Shown: positions 1 to 9,778 of the stretch, one piece after another | How positions within the stretch are numbered: position 1 is the stretch's first letter | How the letters are laid out: the number at the start of each line of letters is the position of its first letter | Virus record (IMG/VR): IMGVR_UViG_3300037047_000246 | Origin: a virus | Taxonomy: Duplodnaviria; Caudoviricetes | Strand: one strand, 5' to 3' | DNA length: 64,000 bases | Made by a program: the position numbers and the translations under genes | The notes under the pieces: generated by a model | Told to the model about the DNA's origin: nothing | The model's input: only the letters and a program-made list of their open reading frames with translations | Databases searched by the model: none

Positions 1-1076
1 AACGGCGCGTTTCCGCTGACTATCGGCTGCAGCGGCACAACGCCCCCAGGCGGGAAGTCTGACGGAGACACTGGGTACTTGAGCTGACTCAGCTCAAGTA
101 CGTTGCTGGTGTGCCAGTCTTTTGCGTTTTTGCGGCATTTGCCGCAGCTTTTCGTGACTCCGTTGACGACGTTGGAGACTGTGGCTACGATTTCGTTGCC
201 GCATGTGCACACCCATACGGTTTGCTTGACTGAATACTTCTTCAGAGCTGTTGGCTTTTTGACGCGGAGCCTGCCAAATGTTCGTCGCTCAGACTCACCG
301 AGCGTCACTTCGCAGCAGTTTCTGCATCTGCGCGACTTGCTTGACGCGGCGTACTTGACTACGAACAAGTCTCTTTGCCCGCACTTTTCACACACGAAAA
401 ATTTTCTTGCTGAAGACCTGACGGAAGCAGGTTCGTCGTCGTATACGAACCCTCCAGACTTGTCGCCTCTCTTCAGCATGTCGCACTGACCGCACGTCGT
501 GCGTCCTGTTTTGAACGCTGAGAAGGTCATGCTGAACGTCGAACCGCATCTGCACCTGAAGGACGCTTTTAGCCTGGATTTGAGTGACCAGGACTGCGGC
601 AGTCCGTCTTGAAGCAGCTCCGGGACGTCCGCCATCCAGTCTGACGCTGTTCTGACCAGATGCCGTTTTCCGCGCTGTGGTGCTTGCATCTTGTACAAGC
701 AGCCGCAACTGCTCTTTATGCCAGATGCCACGCGGCTGAGAGGCGCATGCGTGGTGTTGCCGCAGTCGCACACCCAAGGCAGCTGTTGTCTGCCCATGTT
801 GACCACTTCATCTGCGCGGCATCCCAAGGTCAGCTTGCCGTACCGAACTATGCCGGACTTTTTCCAAACGTGCAGCGCGCAACTGCCGCATGTGGGCGTT
901 CTGTTCGCGAAAGTGTTCCACCTGACCAAAACCTCGCTCGGATTTCCGCAAGAGCAAACGCACGCGACGAACTTCTTGGAAAAGCGCGATTTTGGCAGTT
1001 TGTCCGGGTTTATCGGCTTTAACATTGTCGCGCTAGGCTCTTTGTCCAATACCGTACAATGGAAACGTCCATACAT
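1..1076 (-). CDS. Cys-rich repeat protein, paralog of the 4757-6553 Hef-like endonuclease (runs off the window's left edge; not in the ORF track)
   Basis: Manual translation: the minus frame is open from ATG 1076 to position 1 (MYGRFHCTVLDKEPS...). It has repeated YGKLT..W.C.CG...SCG units. Its end GVTKSCGKCRKNAKDWH...DFPPGGVVPL aligns with GQKTCGECFNSALDWY...DFPGGGLIPL in the 4757 ORF. Confidence 0.75.
   Translation of the reverse strand, partial: MYGRFHCTVLDKEPSATMLKPINPDKLPKSRFSKKFVACVCSCGNPSEVLVRWNTFANRTPTCGSCALHVWKKSGIVRYGKLTLGCRADEVVNMGRQQLPWVCDCGNTTHAPLSRVASGIKSSCGCLYKMQAPQRGKRHLVRTASDWMADVPELLQDGLPQSWSLKSRLKASFRCRCGSTFSMTFSAFKTGRTTCGQCDMLKRGDKSGGFVYDDEPASVRSSARKFFVCEKCGQRDLFVVKYAASSKSRRCRNCCEVTLGESERRTFGRLRVKKPTALKKYSVKQTVWVCTCGNEIVATVSNVVNGVTKSCGKCRKNAKDWHTSNVLELSQLKYPVSPSDFPPGGVVPLQPIVSGNAP
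75..101. repeat. Perfect 13-bp inverted repeat with 1-nt centre
   Basis: GTACTTGAGCTGA-C-TCAGCTCAAGTAC, inside the minus-strand CDS. Confidence 0.9.
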
Positions 1077-1139
1077 CTGTAATATTCCCAGGTGCGGTCT
1101 GTAAGACTGCTTGGGATAGCTGACGTGGAGCGATCGCAC

Positions 1140-1634
1140 ATGAAATTGTCGACTCAAGATGAAGACCGTGGGCTGGTGCGTACTGCGGCAGCTGACCAAG
1201 ATGCTGAGTGGCAGAGGGTAAACTCCTACATTGCCGATGTCCTTAAGGACTGCTACGTTTTGTTTGCCAAACTCGCCCGGTTGCGCGGGGATTTTGCTGG
1301 GTCGGAGCTAGGGAAGCTCGACGGCATTTCCGGCAAGGTTCGAGATCTTGGTCAAGAGCTCGCTGGCTTCTCCAAGTCCTTTACCGAGGGCGAGTATTCG
1401 ATGGACAAGAAGGAGCAGTTTGGCGACCAGGGCGCCGCTGATGAGTTCGACATGCCTGCTGATTTCGAACCCACTGCTGAAGACTTCGACTTTTCTACAG
1501 AAGATGGCGGGCAAGGCGGGCAAGGCGGGCAAGGCGGTGAAGAAGACTTCGAATCTCCCCCCGAGGACGGCCAGGGTGAAGAGGAAGATTTTGAGTCCCC
1601 GCCTGAGGATGAAAAGTCAGATAAAAAAGACTGA
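1140..1634 (+). CDS. Hypothetical protein with helical N-terminus and acidic/Gly-rich low-complexity tail
   Basis: ORF 1092-1634; ATG 1140 has GGAG upstream. Contains GGQGGQGGQGG and two EEDFESPPED repeats. Confidence 0.65.
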   Translation: MKLSTQDEDRGLVRTAAADQDAEWQRVNSYIADVLKDCYVLFAKLARLRGDFAGSELGKLDGISGKVRDLGQELAGFSKSFTEGEYSMDKKEQFGDQGAADEFDMPADFEPTAEDFDFSTEDGGQGGQGGQGGEEDFESPPEDGQGEEEDFESPPEDEKSDKKD

Positions 1635-1657
1635 TCCCATGTAGTGTAATCTGCCTC

Positions 1658-2485
1658 ATGGCAGAACTCCAGTTTTTCTCAATACCTGACATTTGCCCCG
1701 TTTGTTCAAGTTCCCTGACCATTGAGGGAGACTTTCTGTACTGCCAGGCGAAGTCGTGTCCAGTGCGCTTGTCGGGGGCCATCAAAGTCTGGGTGGATAG
1801 ACTTGGCCTGTTGCATTGGGGAGATGCTCTCATTGGATCGCTGACTGATCCAGAGAAAACTTCGTCAATTCAGTCGGTCGGTGACCTATATAGATTGTCT
1901 GTTGAAGACATCCAAGAACACTGCTCTGGCCCGAAGATGGCCAAAAAGTGCTGGAAAACGCTGCACGACAATACTTCTGTGCCGCTTGAGATAGTTCTTG
2001 CCGGCATGAATATTGCGAACCTCGGCCTCGCTACAGCCACGGACATCGTTAAAGCTGGTCACGATTCCATAGACAAGGTCCTAGCTCTGACGTTGGAACA
2101 GCTCCAAGAGATCCCCAACATCGGCGAGATAACGGCTCTTCAAATTAGAAACGGGCTTGACTCCCGTCGCGACACCTTGCTTGACTTGGCTTCCATACTC
2201 GACATAACGCTGCCAATTTCCGGACCCCTTCGTGGCAAAAAGGTGTGCATCACAGGCGACGTCTGGGCCCCTCGCAAGGCTGTGCAGAAAATGGTGACTG
2301 CCGCTGGCGGTCAGGCGGTCGATAGCGTATCAAAAGACACGAGCTTTCTGGTTTGCGATGACAGCAGCAGCACCAGTTCTAAGGCCAAGCGCGCAGCTTC
2401 CTACGGCATCCCAATCATAAAGGGTGCCGATTTGAAAAACATTTTGGACGGCGTTGCCACTTGTGACGAGATCGCAAAAAGATAG
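1658..2485 (+). CDS. ligA: NAD-dependent DNA ligase C-terminal half (Zn finger, HhH, BRCT); no adenylation or OB domain
   Basis: C4 finger CPVCSS...CQAKSCP; HhH motifs (NLGLATA, IPNIGEITA); BRCT GKKVCITG...VSKDTSFLVC...KAKRAASYGIPII. Confidence 0.85.
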   Translation: MAELQFFSIPDICPVCSSSLTIEGDFLYCQAKSCPVRLSGAIKVWVDRLGLLHWGDALIGSLTDPEKTSSIQSVGDLYRLSVEDIQEHCSGPKMAKKCWKTLHDNTSVPLEIVLAGMNIANLGLATATDIVKAGHDSIDKVLALTLEQLQEIPNIGEITALQIRNGLDSRRDTLLDLASILDITLPISGPLRGKKVCITGDVWAPRKAVQKMVTAAGGQAVDSVSKDTSFLVCDDSSSTSSKAKRAASYGIPIIKGADLKNILDGVATCDEIAKR

Positions 2486-2488
2486 GCC

Positions 2489-4732
2489 ATGGAAGACCTC
2501 ACTTGCAAAGTGACGAACGTCGTGTTTGTCAATCGCCAAACAGGGTTTTTTGTGCTCAGGGGCACCATCGATGGTTCGGCGAAACTCGTTACTGTGCGCG
2601 GAAGCATGCCTGGTTTGAGCATTGACGTTGGGTTGAAGATCCGGTGCAAAGGTCGGTATGAGGACAACCCAACATACGGCAGGCAGTTCAACGCCAATAT
2701 TTGCGACATAGTGCCAGAGAACGGCCGAATCGGCGTCGTGGCGTACCTGACCACGCATGTCAAATCGATAGGGCCGATCACGGCAGCCAGGATGTATGAT
2801 GCCTTGGGCGACGATCTCCTGCGCGTCTTGGATGAAGAGCCAGATCGCATCAAAGAACTCTCGTTTTTGACCAGGCCTCAAGTGGCCGCTGTGCTCGCAG
2901 AATGGCAGACGGCGTCGGCCTCCCGCACTACAGCAATATTTCTCACAGATCTAGGCTTAGGCGCGTACCAGATCAAGTCTGTGCTTACAGTTTTCGGCGT
3001 TGAGGCAAGGAAACAGATAGAGTCCGATCCGTACAAGCTTTGCGCATGCCCAGGAATCGGATTCTCTACGGCTGACCAAGTGGCCCGCAAGTTGGGTATT
3101 GGCGTGGACGACCCGAAGCGTCTTCGGGCGATGATCCTGTTTCTGATGGAAGACATGGCCAGTAGCGATGGCCATGTGTACGTCACGTCCGATAAAATAC
3201 TGGAACACACCCGCAAAGCGTTCAAACGTCACCACATAGAGCCGTTCTCTCATGGAGAGTACCTGGCGGAGTCTCCGTTTTATGCAGAGCTGTGTGCGCT
3301 CAAAGCCAGCGGAGATATCGTTGGCGACGGGCCGAATTTGTACCTGCCTCACCACTGGACGCACGAGTCGCAGTCGGCTGACCAGGTGTCGGCCATCCTG
3401 GCTGCAGGCGGCGTTGACATTGATTTTGCGTCAATGGTCGCTGAGTTCGAGTCCACCAAAAAGCTGACGCTGTCCGATGACCAGAGAGCCGCGATAGAGC
3501 TGCTGCGGCAATCTCGCATTTGTGTGATATCCGGGTATCCAGGCACAGGCAAGACTACGCTGGTGTCTGCTTTCGTGCATATCTTTGAGCACATGAATTT
3601 GGACTACGCTCTTCTGTCGCCCACAGGCATCGCGTCCAAAAGGTTGTCGCAGGTGACCGGGAAACCCGCATACACCATTCACCGAGCTCTCGGGTGCGAC
3701 AGGGATGGTCAATGGGAATTCAACGCTGCAAACAAATATGTGGTGGATGCGGTCATAGTCGACGAGATGAGCATGGTCGACGCAGCAACTTTTTACCATC
3801 TCATCACTGCTTTGCCGCCCACCACCATTGTGGTGCTTGTTGGAGACTCCGCGCAGTTGCCGTCAGTGGGCGCAGGGTACGTGCTGCATGAACTGATGCG
3901 GTGCCCGCATGTGCCGCATATCTCTTTGACCCGCATCTATAGGCAAGAGGGGTTTTCAGACATCATCGGGGTCGCCCATTCGGTGTTGCGGGGCGAGTCC
4001 GTAGACACTTCTTTCAAGAAGGAGTCTGAGTTCGTATTTCTGCCGATGCCGGCCGACTCTGTGATGGGCGAGGTTGGCAAACTCGCGGCGATGATGAAGG
4101 CTAAGTCTAGCCAGCCAGGAGCAGCGCCTCTGACTTTCCAGGTAATTGCCCCGATGTACGACGGCGACATCGGCGTCAACCGTCTGAACATCCACCTCAG
4201 GCAGGTGCTGAATGACGACTTCGTCGCTGGCAGCGCGAGCAAAATAAAGCACGGCGAAACCGACATCTACGAGGGCGACCGCGTGATGATTATCCGCAAC
4301 GATTACGACCGGATGATCTTCAATGGAGACGTGGGCAAGGTGCATCGCATCTCCATTAAGCAGGATGAGGTGGAGGTACGCATCTTCAACTGGTTTGACT
4401 CTGAATCTAGGATCCCGCGGTATATCGACAAAGTCTTCACCTTCAAAATGGAGGAGGCTCGGTCGATGATGAAAGTCGCCTACGCATGCACCGTCCACAA
4501 GGTGCAGGGCCAGGAGTTCGATTACGTCATTCTGCCCATGACCATGAAGTATGGCATTATGTTGTATCGCAATCTGGTGTACACTGCCATCACGCGGGCT
4601 AAAAAGAAAGTGTTCGTGTTCGGAGATCCGATGGCCTTTAGGTACGCGATCAGCAACGACCGGGAAACTATCCGCAACTCGAACTTGTCCGGGCTCGTCG
4701 GCTTCGACGAAGCGCAGGTGGCGACTGGCTGA
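2489..4732 (+). CDS. recD2: RecD2-like SF1B helicase
   Basis: N-terminal OB and HhH (GIGFSTADQVA); Walker A GYPGTGKT; IVDEMSM; LVGDSAQLPSV; LTRIYRQ; AYACTVHKVQGQEF; YTAITRAK. Confidence 0.93.
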   Translation: MEDLTCKVTNVVFVNRQTGFFVLRGTIDGSAKLVTVRGSMPGLSIDVGLKIRCKGRYEDNPTYGRQFNANICDIVPENGRIGVVAYLTTHVKSIGPITAARMYDALGDDLLRVLDEEPDRIKELSFLTRPQVAAVLAEWQTASASRTTAIFLTDLGLGAYQIKSVLTVFGVEARKQIESDPYKLCACPGIGFSTADQVARKLGIGVDDPKRLRAMILFLMEDMASSDGHVYVTSDKILEHTRKAFKRHHIEPFSHGEYLAESPFYAELCALKASGDIVGDGPNLYLPHHWTHESQSADQVSAILAAGGVDIDFASMVAEFESTKKLTLSDDQRAAIELLRQSRICVISGYPGTGKTTLVSAFVHIFEHMNLDYALLSPTGIASKRLSQVTGKPAYTIHRALGCDRDGQWEFNAANKYVVDAVIVDEMSMVDAATFYHLITALPPTTIVVLVGDSAQLPSVGAGYVLHELMRCPHVPHISLTRIYRQEGFSDIIGVAHSVLRGESVDTSFKKESEFVFLPMPADSVMGEVGKLAAMMKAKSSQPGAAPLTFQVIAPMYDGDIGVNRLNIHLRQVLNDDFVAGSASKIKHGETDIYEGDRVMIIRNDYDRMIFNGDVGKVHRISIKQDEVEVRIFNWFDSESRIPRYIDKVFTFKMEEARSMMKVAYACTVHKVQGQEFDYVILPMTMKYGIMLYRNLVYTAITRAKKKVFVFGDPMAFRYAISNDRETIRNSNLSGLVGFDEAQVATG

Positions 4733-4756
4733 ACGCGAGTGTAATGTGGTTTGCCT

Positions 4757-6553
4757 ATGCCTTCCTTCATTTGTGGACAGCAGTTCGGGATTTTCACATA
4801 TGAGGGCGATCAAGTTCATCTGACCAGGCGTCAACTCGGGCAACGGGGTCAGTTCAGGTGTAAATGCGGGGCTTTGTCGACGCTGTCGTTCACGAGCGTG
4901 ATGTACGGCGCCTCGGCTCACTGCAGCAAATGCGCGCACACGCATCTTTTGCCAGGATCGCGTTTCGGACGGCTGACTTACGACGGAGCGTCGAAGAGTG
5001 TCGCTCCTGGTAGCACCGCCAAGGTCGAGTTTGTTTGCGACTGCGGCCGGCGCAAGTCAATAGTACTCAGGAGCGTATTAAGCGGAGCGTCCAAGAGCTG
5101 CGGCGACTGCTCCGCCATCGCTCTTACGAACGGTGCCGCCTACGGCAAGCTCACTTACGTCGGACCTGAGCTGCGTGTCAAACCGAGCTCTCGCCAGCGG
5201 GTCCAGTGGTCGTGCTCTTGCGGACGAAGCGTCAGGCGCACAGTGAAAAGCGTACTGAGCTCTGCTGGCAGCGCCGGACTTAGGGGGTGCGGCAAGTGCA
5301 GCGAAGTTCATTTGGAGCCTGGCGACAAATATAAGTGGTTCGAGTATGCAGGGCCTTCTGCGGACGTGTTGCCCAGCAGCACTCAGTGCTGCCGCTTCAA
5401 GTGCAGGTGCGGAGCAGTCAAAGACTACCAGATTCAGCATATCACTCGCGGCCAAAAGACGTGCGGGGAGTGTTTCAACTCAGCGCTTGACTGGTACTCG
5501 AGAAACCGCGATCTGCTGCGTTCAGCGCAGTCGTTCCTTCGGCAGGATTTTCCTGGCGGCGGACTGATCCCTCTGGCAAACATCGTCAATGCCTCTCAGC
5601 CGTTCGACGCCAAATGTCCACTTTGCGGCTCCACGTACAGGCCGCGACTCAGAGACATAAAACGCGGTGTTTCTTTGTCGTGCGGATGCACAAACTTCGC
5701 CGTATCCAGTTTGAATTTGCAACTGTTGGACTGGCTCAAGTCTATTGGCGTGGACGCGGTGCCTGAGCATTCGGTTGGCGGAAAAAGATTCGACGTGGCT
5801 GTGCCAGCATCGAATTTGCTCATAGAAATAAACGGACTCAGATGGCACTCGATGCCAGGAGCCAAAACCAGGGACCTGTCGAAGCACAGGCATGCCGCGT
5901 CCTTCGGCTTCGAAACCCTTATGTTGTTTGAAGACGAGTGGGTGAACAAACGGCAGATCATGTGCGGCATCATCGCCAACAGGTTGAGGATCAACGAGGC
6001 CCGCTGCGCAAGGGCATCCAAATGCGTGGTGGAACGCGTGCCTGTGGCTGCAGCCGACTTGTTTTACGACAGTCACCACTACATCGGCAAAGCAAAAGCC
6101 GGACTGAACTATGCCGCGTTCCTTGGCGGCGTTCAAGTGGCCTGCATGTCGTTCAAACGCCCCACAAGGCAAACTTCCAGACATGAGTGGGAGCTCGTGC
6201 GCATGGCGTCTTCACGCGAGGTCCGCGTGCACGGGGTGTGGTCGAAGCTCATGCACGCTTTTGTGTTGGACAAAGCTCCGGCGTCCGTTGTATCATTTTC
6301 AGACAATCGTCTTTTTACAGGCGGCGTTTACTCTCGCATCGGATTCACTTTGGATGGCGATGTGCCTCAGGACTATTACTGGACCAAGCAGCGGTCTCGC
6401 TGGCATAAATCTGGGCTCCGAAAAACGGATTCGGAGAAAGCCACGGGTAGCACCGAAACTGCACTCAGGACAGCCCAGGGGTACCGGAAGATCTGGGATC
6501 TAGGCAAAAAACGGTGGGTTTGGAGAGACTCATGTCAGAAATCAGATTTTTAA
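4757..6553 (+). CDS. Hef-like putative homing endonuclease: Cys-rich repeats + DUF559/PD-(D/E)xK-like nuclease + GNAT-like C-terminal domain
   Basis: Repeats RFGRLTY...FVCDCG...SCG; nuclease RFDVAVP..LLIEINGLRWH; C-terminal HHYIG...WELVRM...SKL...VSFSDNRLFTGGVYSRIGF...DYYW. Confidence 0.7.
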   Translation: MPSFICGQQFGIFTYEGDQVHLTRRQLGQRGQFRCKCGALSTLSFTSVMYGASAHCSKCAHTHLLPGSRFGRLTYDGASKSVAPGSTAKVEFVCDCGRRKSIVLRSVLSGASKSCGDCSAIALTNGAAYGKLTYVGPELRVKPSSRQRVQWSCSCGRSVRRTVKSVLSSAGSAGLRGCGKCSEVHLEPGDKYKWFEYAGPSADVLPSSTQCCRFKCRCGAVKDYQIQHITRGQKTCGECFNSALDWYSRNRDLLRSAQSFLRQDFPGGGLIPLANIVNASQPFDAKCPLCGSTYRPRLRDIKRGVSLSCGCTNFAVSSLNLQLLDWLKSIGVDAVPEHSVGGKRFDVAVPASNLLIEINGLRWHSMPGAKTRDLSKHRHAASFGFETLMLFEDEWVNKRQIMCGIIANRLRINEARCARASKCVVERVPVAAADLFYDSHHYIGKAKAGLNYAAFLGGVQVACMSFKRPTRQTSRHEWELVRMASSREVRVHGVWSKLMHAFVLDKAPASVVSFSDNRLFTGGVYSRIGFTLDGDVPQDYYWTKQRSRWHKSGLRKTDSEKATGSTETALRTAQGYRKIWDLGKKRWVWRDSCQKSDF

Positions 6554-7530
6554 CGTCGTCCGACGAGCACTTGTCTGACCAGATTCCTGGCTTTCGCAAG
6601 GACGACTACAGGGCTGCGATCTTGGCAAAGTTGTCTTGGCAGGGGGACGAGGCGAAGAAGTTCAGCGCCGACGCTGTGCTTCGCGGCGGTGATTTCTTTC
6701 ACGCCAAGAAGCCTGGCCGGACCACCAAAGCTACGCTGGTTGAAGCAATGGCCATTCACAAGTCGTACTCCTGTCCGACTTACGCCATAGCTGGCAATCA
6801 CGACGTGGTCTACAGCGACCTGTCGTCACTGCCGCGCCAGCCGCTCGGGGTCATGTACGAGTCTGGCATCTTCAAACGCATGTCGGACGTCGTGTTCGAG
6901 TCAGGCTCCCTCAGCGTGAGAGTGGTCGGGGTGGATTACGACCCTGGCATGACGGCGGAGAAACTGGTCGGGATGGTTGGCAGCAAGGGCCATACGTACA
7001 CCATAGCCGTAGTCCACGCGCTGGCGGAAATGTCTCCGTCTGTGCGCACCCAGTCGTTCTTCAATGAGCAAATTTTGGACTACAGAGACTTGGTGTTCCC
7101 TGGGTGTCCAGACGTTTACGTATTTGGTCACTACCACAAAGACCAATCCGTTCAAAACCACATGGGCGTGCAGTTTGTCAACCTCGGGGCCATCGCCAGA
7201 GGCTCTTTGACCATAGAAAACCTTGAGCGCAAGCCGAAGGTTGCCTTGATCAAATGCAGCAGTTCTGGTGTGTCCATAGATCAGTCGGTTGTGCCGCATT
7301 CTGCCTCAGCAGACGTTTTCGACCTGGAGCGCAAGCAGTCGGCAGAAGTCAGTCAAAAGTCGATGTCCGCATTTTTGGAAAAGCTGAGGTGCAACGCCGC
7401 GATGATTGGCGGAGCAGACGTCAGGCGCCGCATGAGCCAATTCATGGAATCGGACGAGTTTTGCCCGGACGAGAAGAGCGTTGTCAGAGAAGTGTTTGAA
7501 GCCGCAGAGTCCGGCCAGACGGAGCTGTGA
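6532..7530 (+). CDS. sbcD: SbcD/Mre11-like metallophosphoesterase nuclease
   Basis: SDEH, GGDFF, AGNHD, VVHA, FGHYH calcineurin-like motifs; NLGAIARG. Confidence 0.85.
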   Translation: MSEIRFLTSSDEHLSDQIPGFRKDDYRAAILAKLSWQGDEAKKFSADAVLRGGDFFHAKKPGRTTKATLVEAMAIHKSYSCPTYAIAGNHDVVYSDLSSLPRQPLGVMYESGIFKRMSDVVFESGSLSVRVVGVDYDPGMTAEKLVGMVGSKGHTYTIAVVHALAEMSPSVRTQSFFNEQILDYRDLVFPGCPDVYVFGHYHKDQSVQNHMGVQFVNLGAIARGSLTIENLERKPKVALIKCSSSGVSIDQSVVPHSASADVFDLERKQSAEVSQKSMSAFLEKLRCNAAMIGGADVRRRMSQFMESDEFCPDEKSVVREVFEAAESGQTEL

Positions 7531-8366
7531 TGGCGGATTTCTTATATCTAAGCTACACCGGTCGAAAGACGTATCTGACCTGTCCTCGCAAATACTGGTA
7601 CAGGTACGTCAGCCGACAAGCGGCAGTGGACGACGGCAGGAAGGCCTTGTTCGGCTTAGCCATGGGCAAGATCTTCGAGTGGTTCTATAACCGCAAATTT
7701 TGGCTGGAGCCAGATCCTGTGCGCAAATGCTTGTCTGTGTCGGATGCTGCCATAGACGACGCGTGCGACTCCAAAAACATAGATCGTGTGCTGCATCAAA
7801 ATTTCTTGGGCGACCTGCGCAGGGATGTGCGCATGTTTGTTCCGCACGCTGTGGAGACCATACGCACACACAAGTTGCTGACGCCTTGCAGTCGCAGCGA
7901 AGTGGACCTGACTGTGGACCACGTGACAGATGGTTTAAAACTTCGACTCGGCGGCCGTGCTGACTTTGTGCACGGAGTCAACACTGTGTGGGTGGTCGAT
8001 GGCAAAGGCAGCGTCCACAGAGAGAAGTATGTGGACTCGGAGCAGCTAATATGGTATGCGCTTTTGCACTATTTGAAGCACCATATTGCTCCCAGCAGGC
8101 TAGGATTTTTGCATTACAGATTCCCGGACGATCCAATGCAGTGGATCGTGTACGACGAGCAGTCCATGCGGTCGCTCTTCAACAAGACGTTGGCCATAGT
8201 AGACAGCATACTTGGCGGACAGTTTGACCCGACGCCGTCTGGAGACTGCAATCGGTGCGAATTCAAAACTTCGTGTACCGATGGCACTAAGCACCTGGCA
8301 GCGAAGCGCGTAGCCAGCGGAGGTCGAATAGAGTCATCGATCTTTGACCTTGAAAATGTAACATGA
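7527..8366 (+). CDS. Cas4-like / RecB-family PD-(D/E)xK exonuclease with 4-Cys cluster
   Basis: LSYT...CPRKYWY; GRADFV; VVDGK; QLIWYAL; C-terminal CNRCEFKTSC. Confidence 0.8.
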   Translation: MMADFLYLSYTGRKTYLTCPRKYWYRYVSRQAAVDDGRKALFGLAMGKIFEWFYNRKFWLEPDPVRKCLSVSDAAIDDACDSKNIDRVLHQNFLGDLRRDVRMFVPHAVETIRTHKLLTPCSRSEVDLTVDHVTDGLKLRLGGRADFVHGVNTVWVVDGKGSVHREKYVDSEQLIWYALLHYLKHHIAPSRLGFLHYRFPDDPMQWIVYDEQSMRSLFNKTLAIVDSILGGQFDPTPSGDCNRCEFKTSCTDGTKHLAAKRVASGGRIESSIFDLENVT

Positions 8367-8379
8367 CACGGGAGGCATC

Positions 8380-8667
8380 ATGGCAGACAAGATTGAAGAT
8401 CTCGACGAGAAGTATAAGCGTTTGTCGCGCCGCAGGGACTCTCTTCAGCAGGACAAGACTCGGATAGAAGCAGAGTTGGAAGCGCGCAAAAGGGCTCTGA
8501 AGAGTCAGATGGAAGCGGCGAAAAAAGAGGGGTATAACCCGGACAATCTGCAAGAGGACATACGCAAGAACGAGGAAATCCTCGCGCTGAAGCTCGACAA
8601 TTTCGAGGCGGAACTTGCTGACGCCGAACGTGTGATGAAGCCGATGTTGGAAGAGATCAAGGGTTGA
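8380..8667 (+). CDS. Small coiled-coil protein (possible SbcC-associated subunit)
   Basis: GGAGG RBS; heptad-rich charged helix; lies in the sbcD operon. Confidence 0.65.
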   Translation: MADKIEDLDEKYKRLSRRRDSLQQDKTRIEAELEARKRALKSQMEAAKKEGYNPDNLQEDIRKNEEILALKLDNFEAELADAERVMKPMLEEIKG

Positions 8668-8668
8668 C

Positions 8669-9778
8669 ATGACTCACAAGTTCGCGTTTGCAGCACAGAG
8701 TTTGAAGCGCGGGTTGGCCTTGGTGAAATTGGTCAAACCTGCTTCAGGTGACTTTGCGGTACGTTTTGGGACGACCGGAGTGAGTTTCTTTTCAGCCGAC
8801 AAGCGCCGCATGGCCCTTGTGAACGTGGCCGCTCTTGAAACTCCTGAAGTGCCTGGTGGTTGGGTTTCTGACGAGTACTTCATTCCTGTCAGCAAAATGG
8901 TGCTGTTTGACGCGGATTTGGCGGACGTCAGCTTTGTGTTGGGTGAGAACTCCCTGACTGTGCAAGCTACCGGAGGTAAGCACACTAGGAAGGCTACCAT
9001 AAAGCGGCGCGTGGACTCCACGCGCCGCAAGCATATGCCGACTGTGCGTTGGGGCAACTTGGTCATGGTGGACGCCCGTCGGCTCGCAAAGATGTTGCGT
9101 GTCGTCGGGTGCTCGGCTTTAGTGAAAGAAACCAAGACTGAGGAGGAAATGCGCGTCAATCAGGTGCATTTCGACTCAGTGTCGTCCAGCGCTTCGTCAA
9201 ACGCCAGGTTCCACGCGTCTGTGGTTAAGACTGAAGGCATGGACCTGGACGTGTCTATCGTCGGTTCAGACATTCCGACAGTGCGGACGTTTTGTGCAAA
9301 GCTGGAAGGTAAAGTCGGTTTGTGCCAGGACAAGCACAGATTGTACGTCGTCGACCCGCAGTCAGATTCGGCAATAGTCGTGAGCCGGGTCGCATCTGTC
9401 AGCACGAAGTTTGAGGCGCCTACGCTAGAGTTCGCAACTGAAATATTGCTGTCGCGCGAGAATTTGATAGATGGACTCGATTGGGCCTTGGCGGCTCTGG
9501 ATGGCACTCAGCGTTTGACGTGCGAAGCCAGCGGTGAAGAGTTGAAGATGTCCAACAGCGGAGAGATCTTCAACATGCCAGTCACATTCAAGTCGGGTCG
9601 CGAGTTCAAAGCAGATCTGCCCGCCAAGTTCATGCGTACGGTTGCGGACCATTTGGACTCTGACAACATCATGCTTCGGTTTGGCCACGCGCAGCACCCT
9701 ACGCTGATGGAGGTGTCGAACGTTGACGAGCCAGACATTCAGGTCAGGCATTTCATACATACGATGAGGAGCCGATGA
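8669..9778 (+). CDS. DNA polymerase III beta sliding clamp-like protein
   Basis: 369 aa, matching clamp length; alternating helix/strand pattern in three repeats; dnaX nearby. Sequence is divergent. Confidence 0.6.
   Translation: MTHKFAFAAQSLKRGLALVKLVKPASGDFAVRFGTTGVSFFSADKRRMALVNVAALETPEVPGGWVSDEYFIPVSKMVLFDADLADVSFVLGENSLTVQATGGKHTRKATIKRRVDSTRRKHMPTVRWGNLVMVDARRLAKMLRVVGCSALVKETKTEEEMRVNQVHFDSVSSSASSNARFHASVVKTEGMDLDVSIVGSDIPTVRTFCAKLEGKVGLCQDKHRLYVVDPQSDSAIVVSRVASVSTKFEAPTLEFATEILLSRENLIDGLDWALAALDGTQRLTCEASGEELKMSNSGEIFNMPVTFKSGREFKADLPAKFMRTVADHLDSDNIMLRFGHAQHPTLMEVSNVDEPDIQVRHFIHTMRSR

Noticed and set aside
570-584. 15-nt match TAGCCTGGATTTGAG between spacer 9 (20003-20017) and the left-end gene
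   Set aside because: The first two spacer bases and the whole 3' part mismatch, and no clear PAM is present; probably chance, not self-targeting.
103-1104. Plus-strand ORFs 103-489, 660-1022 and 691-1104
   Set aside because: They overlap the real minus-strand Cys-repeat gene, which the ORF track missed because it lacks a stop inside the window.
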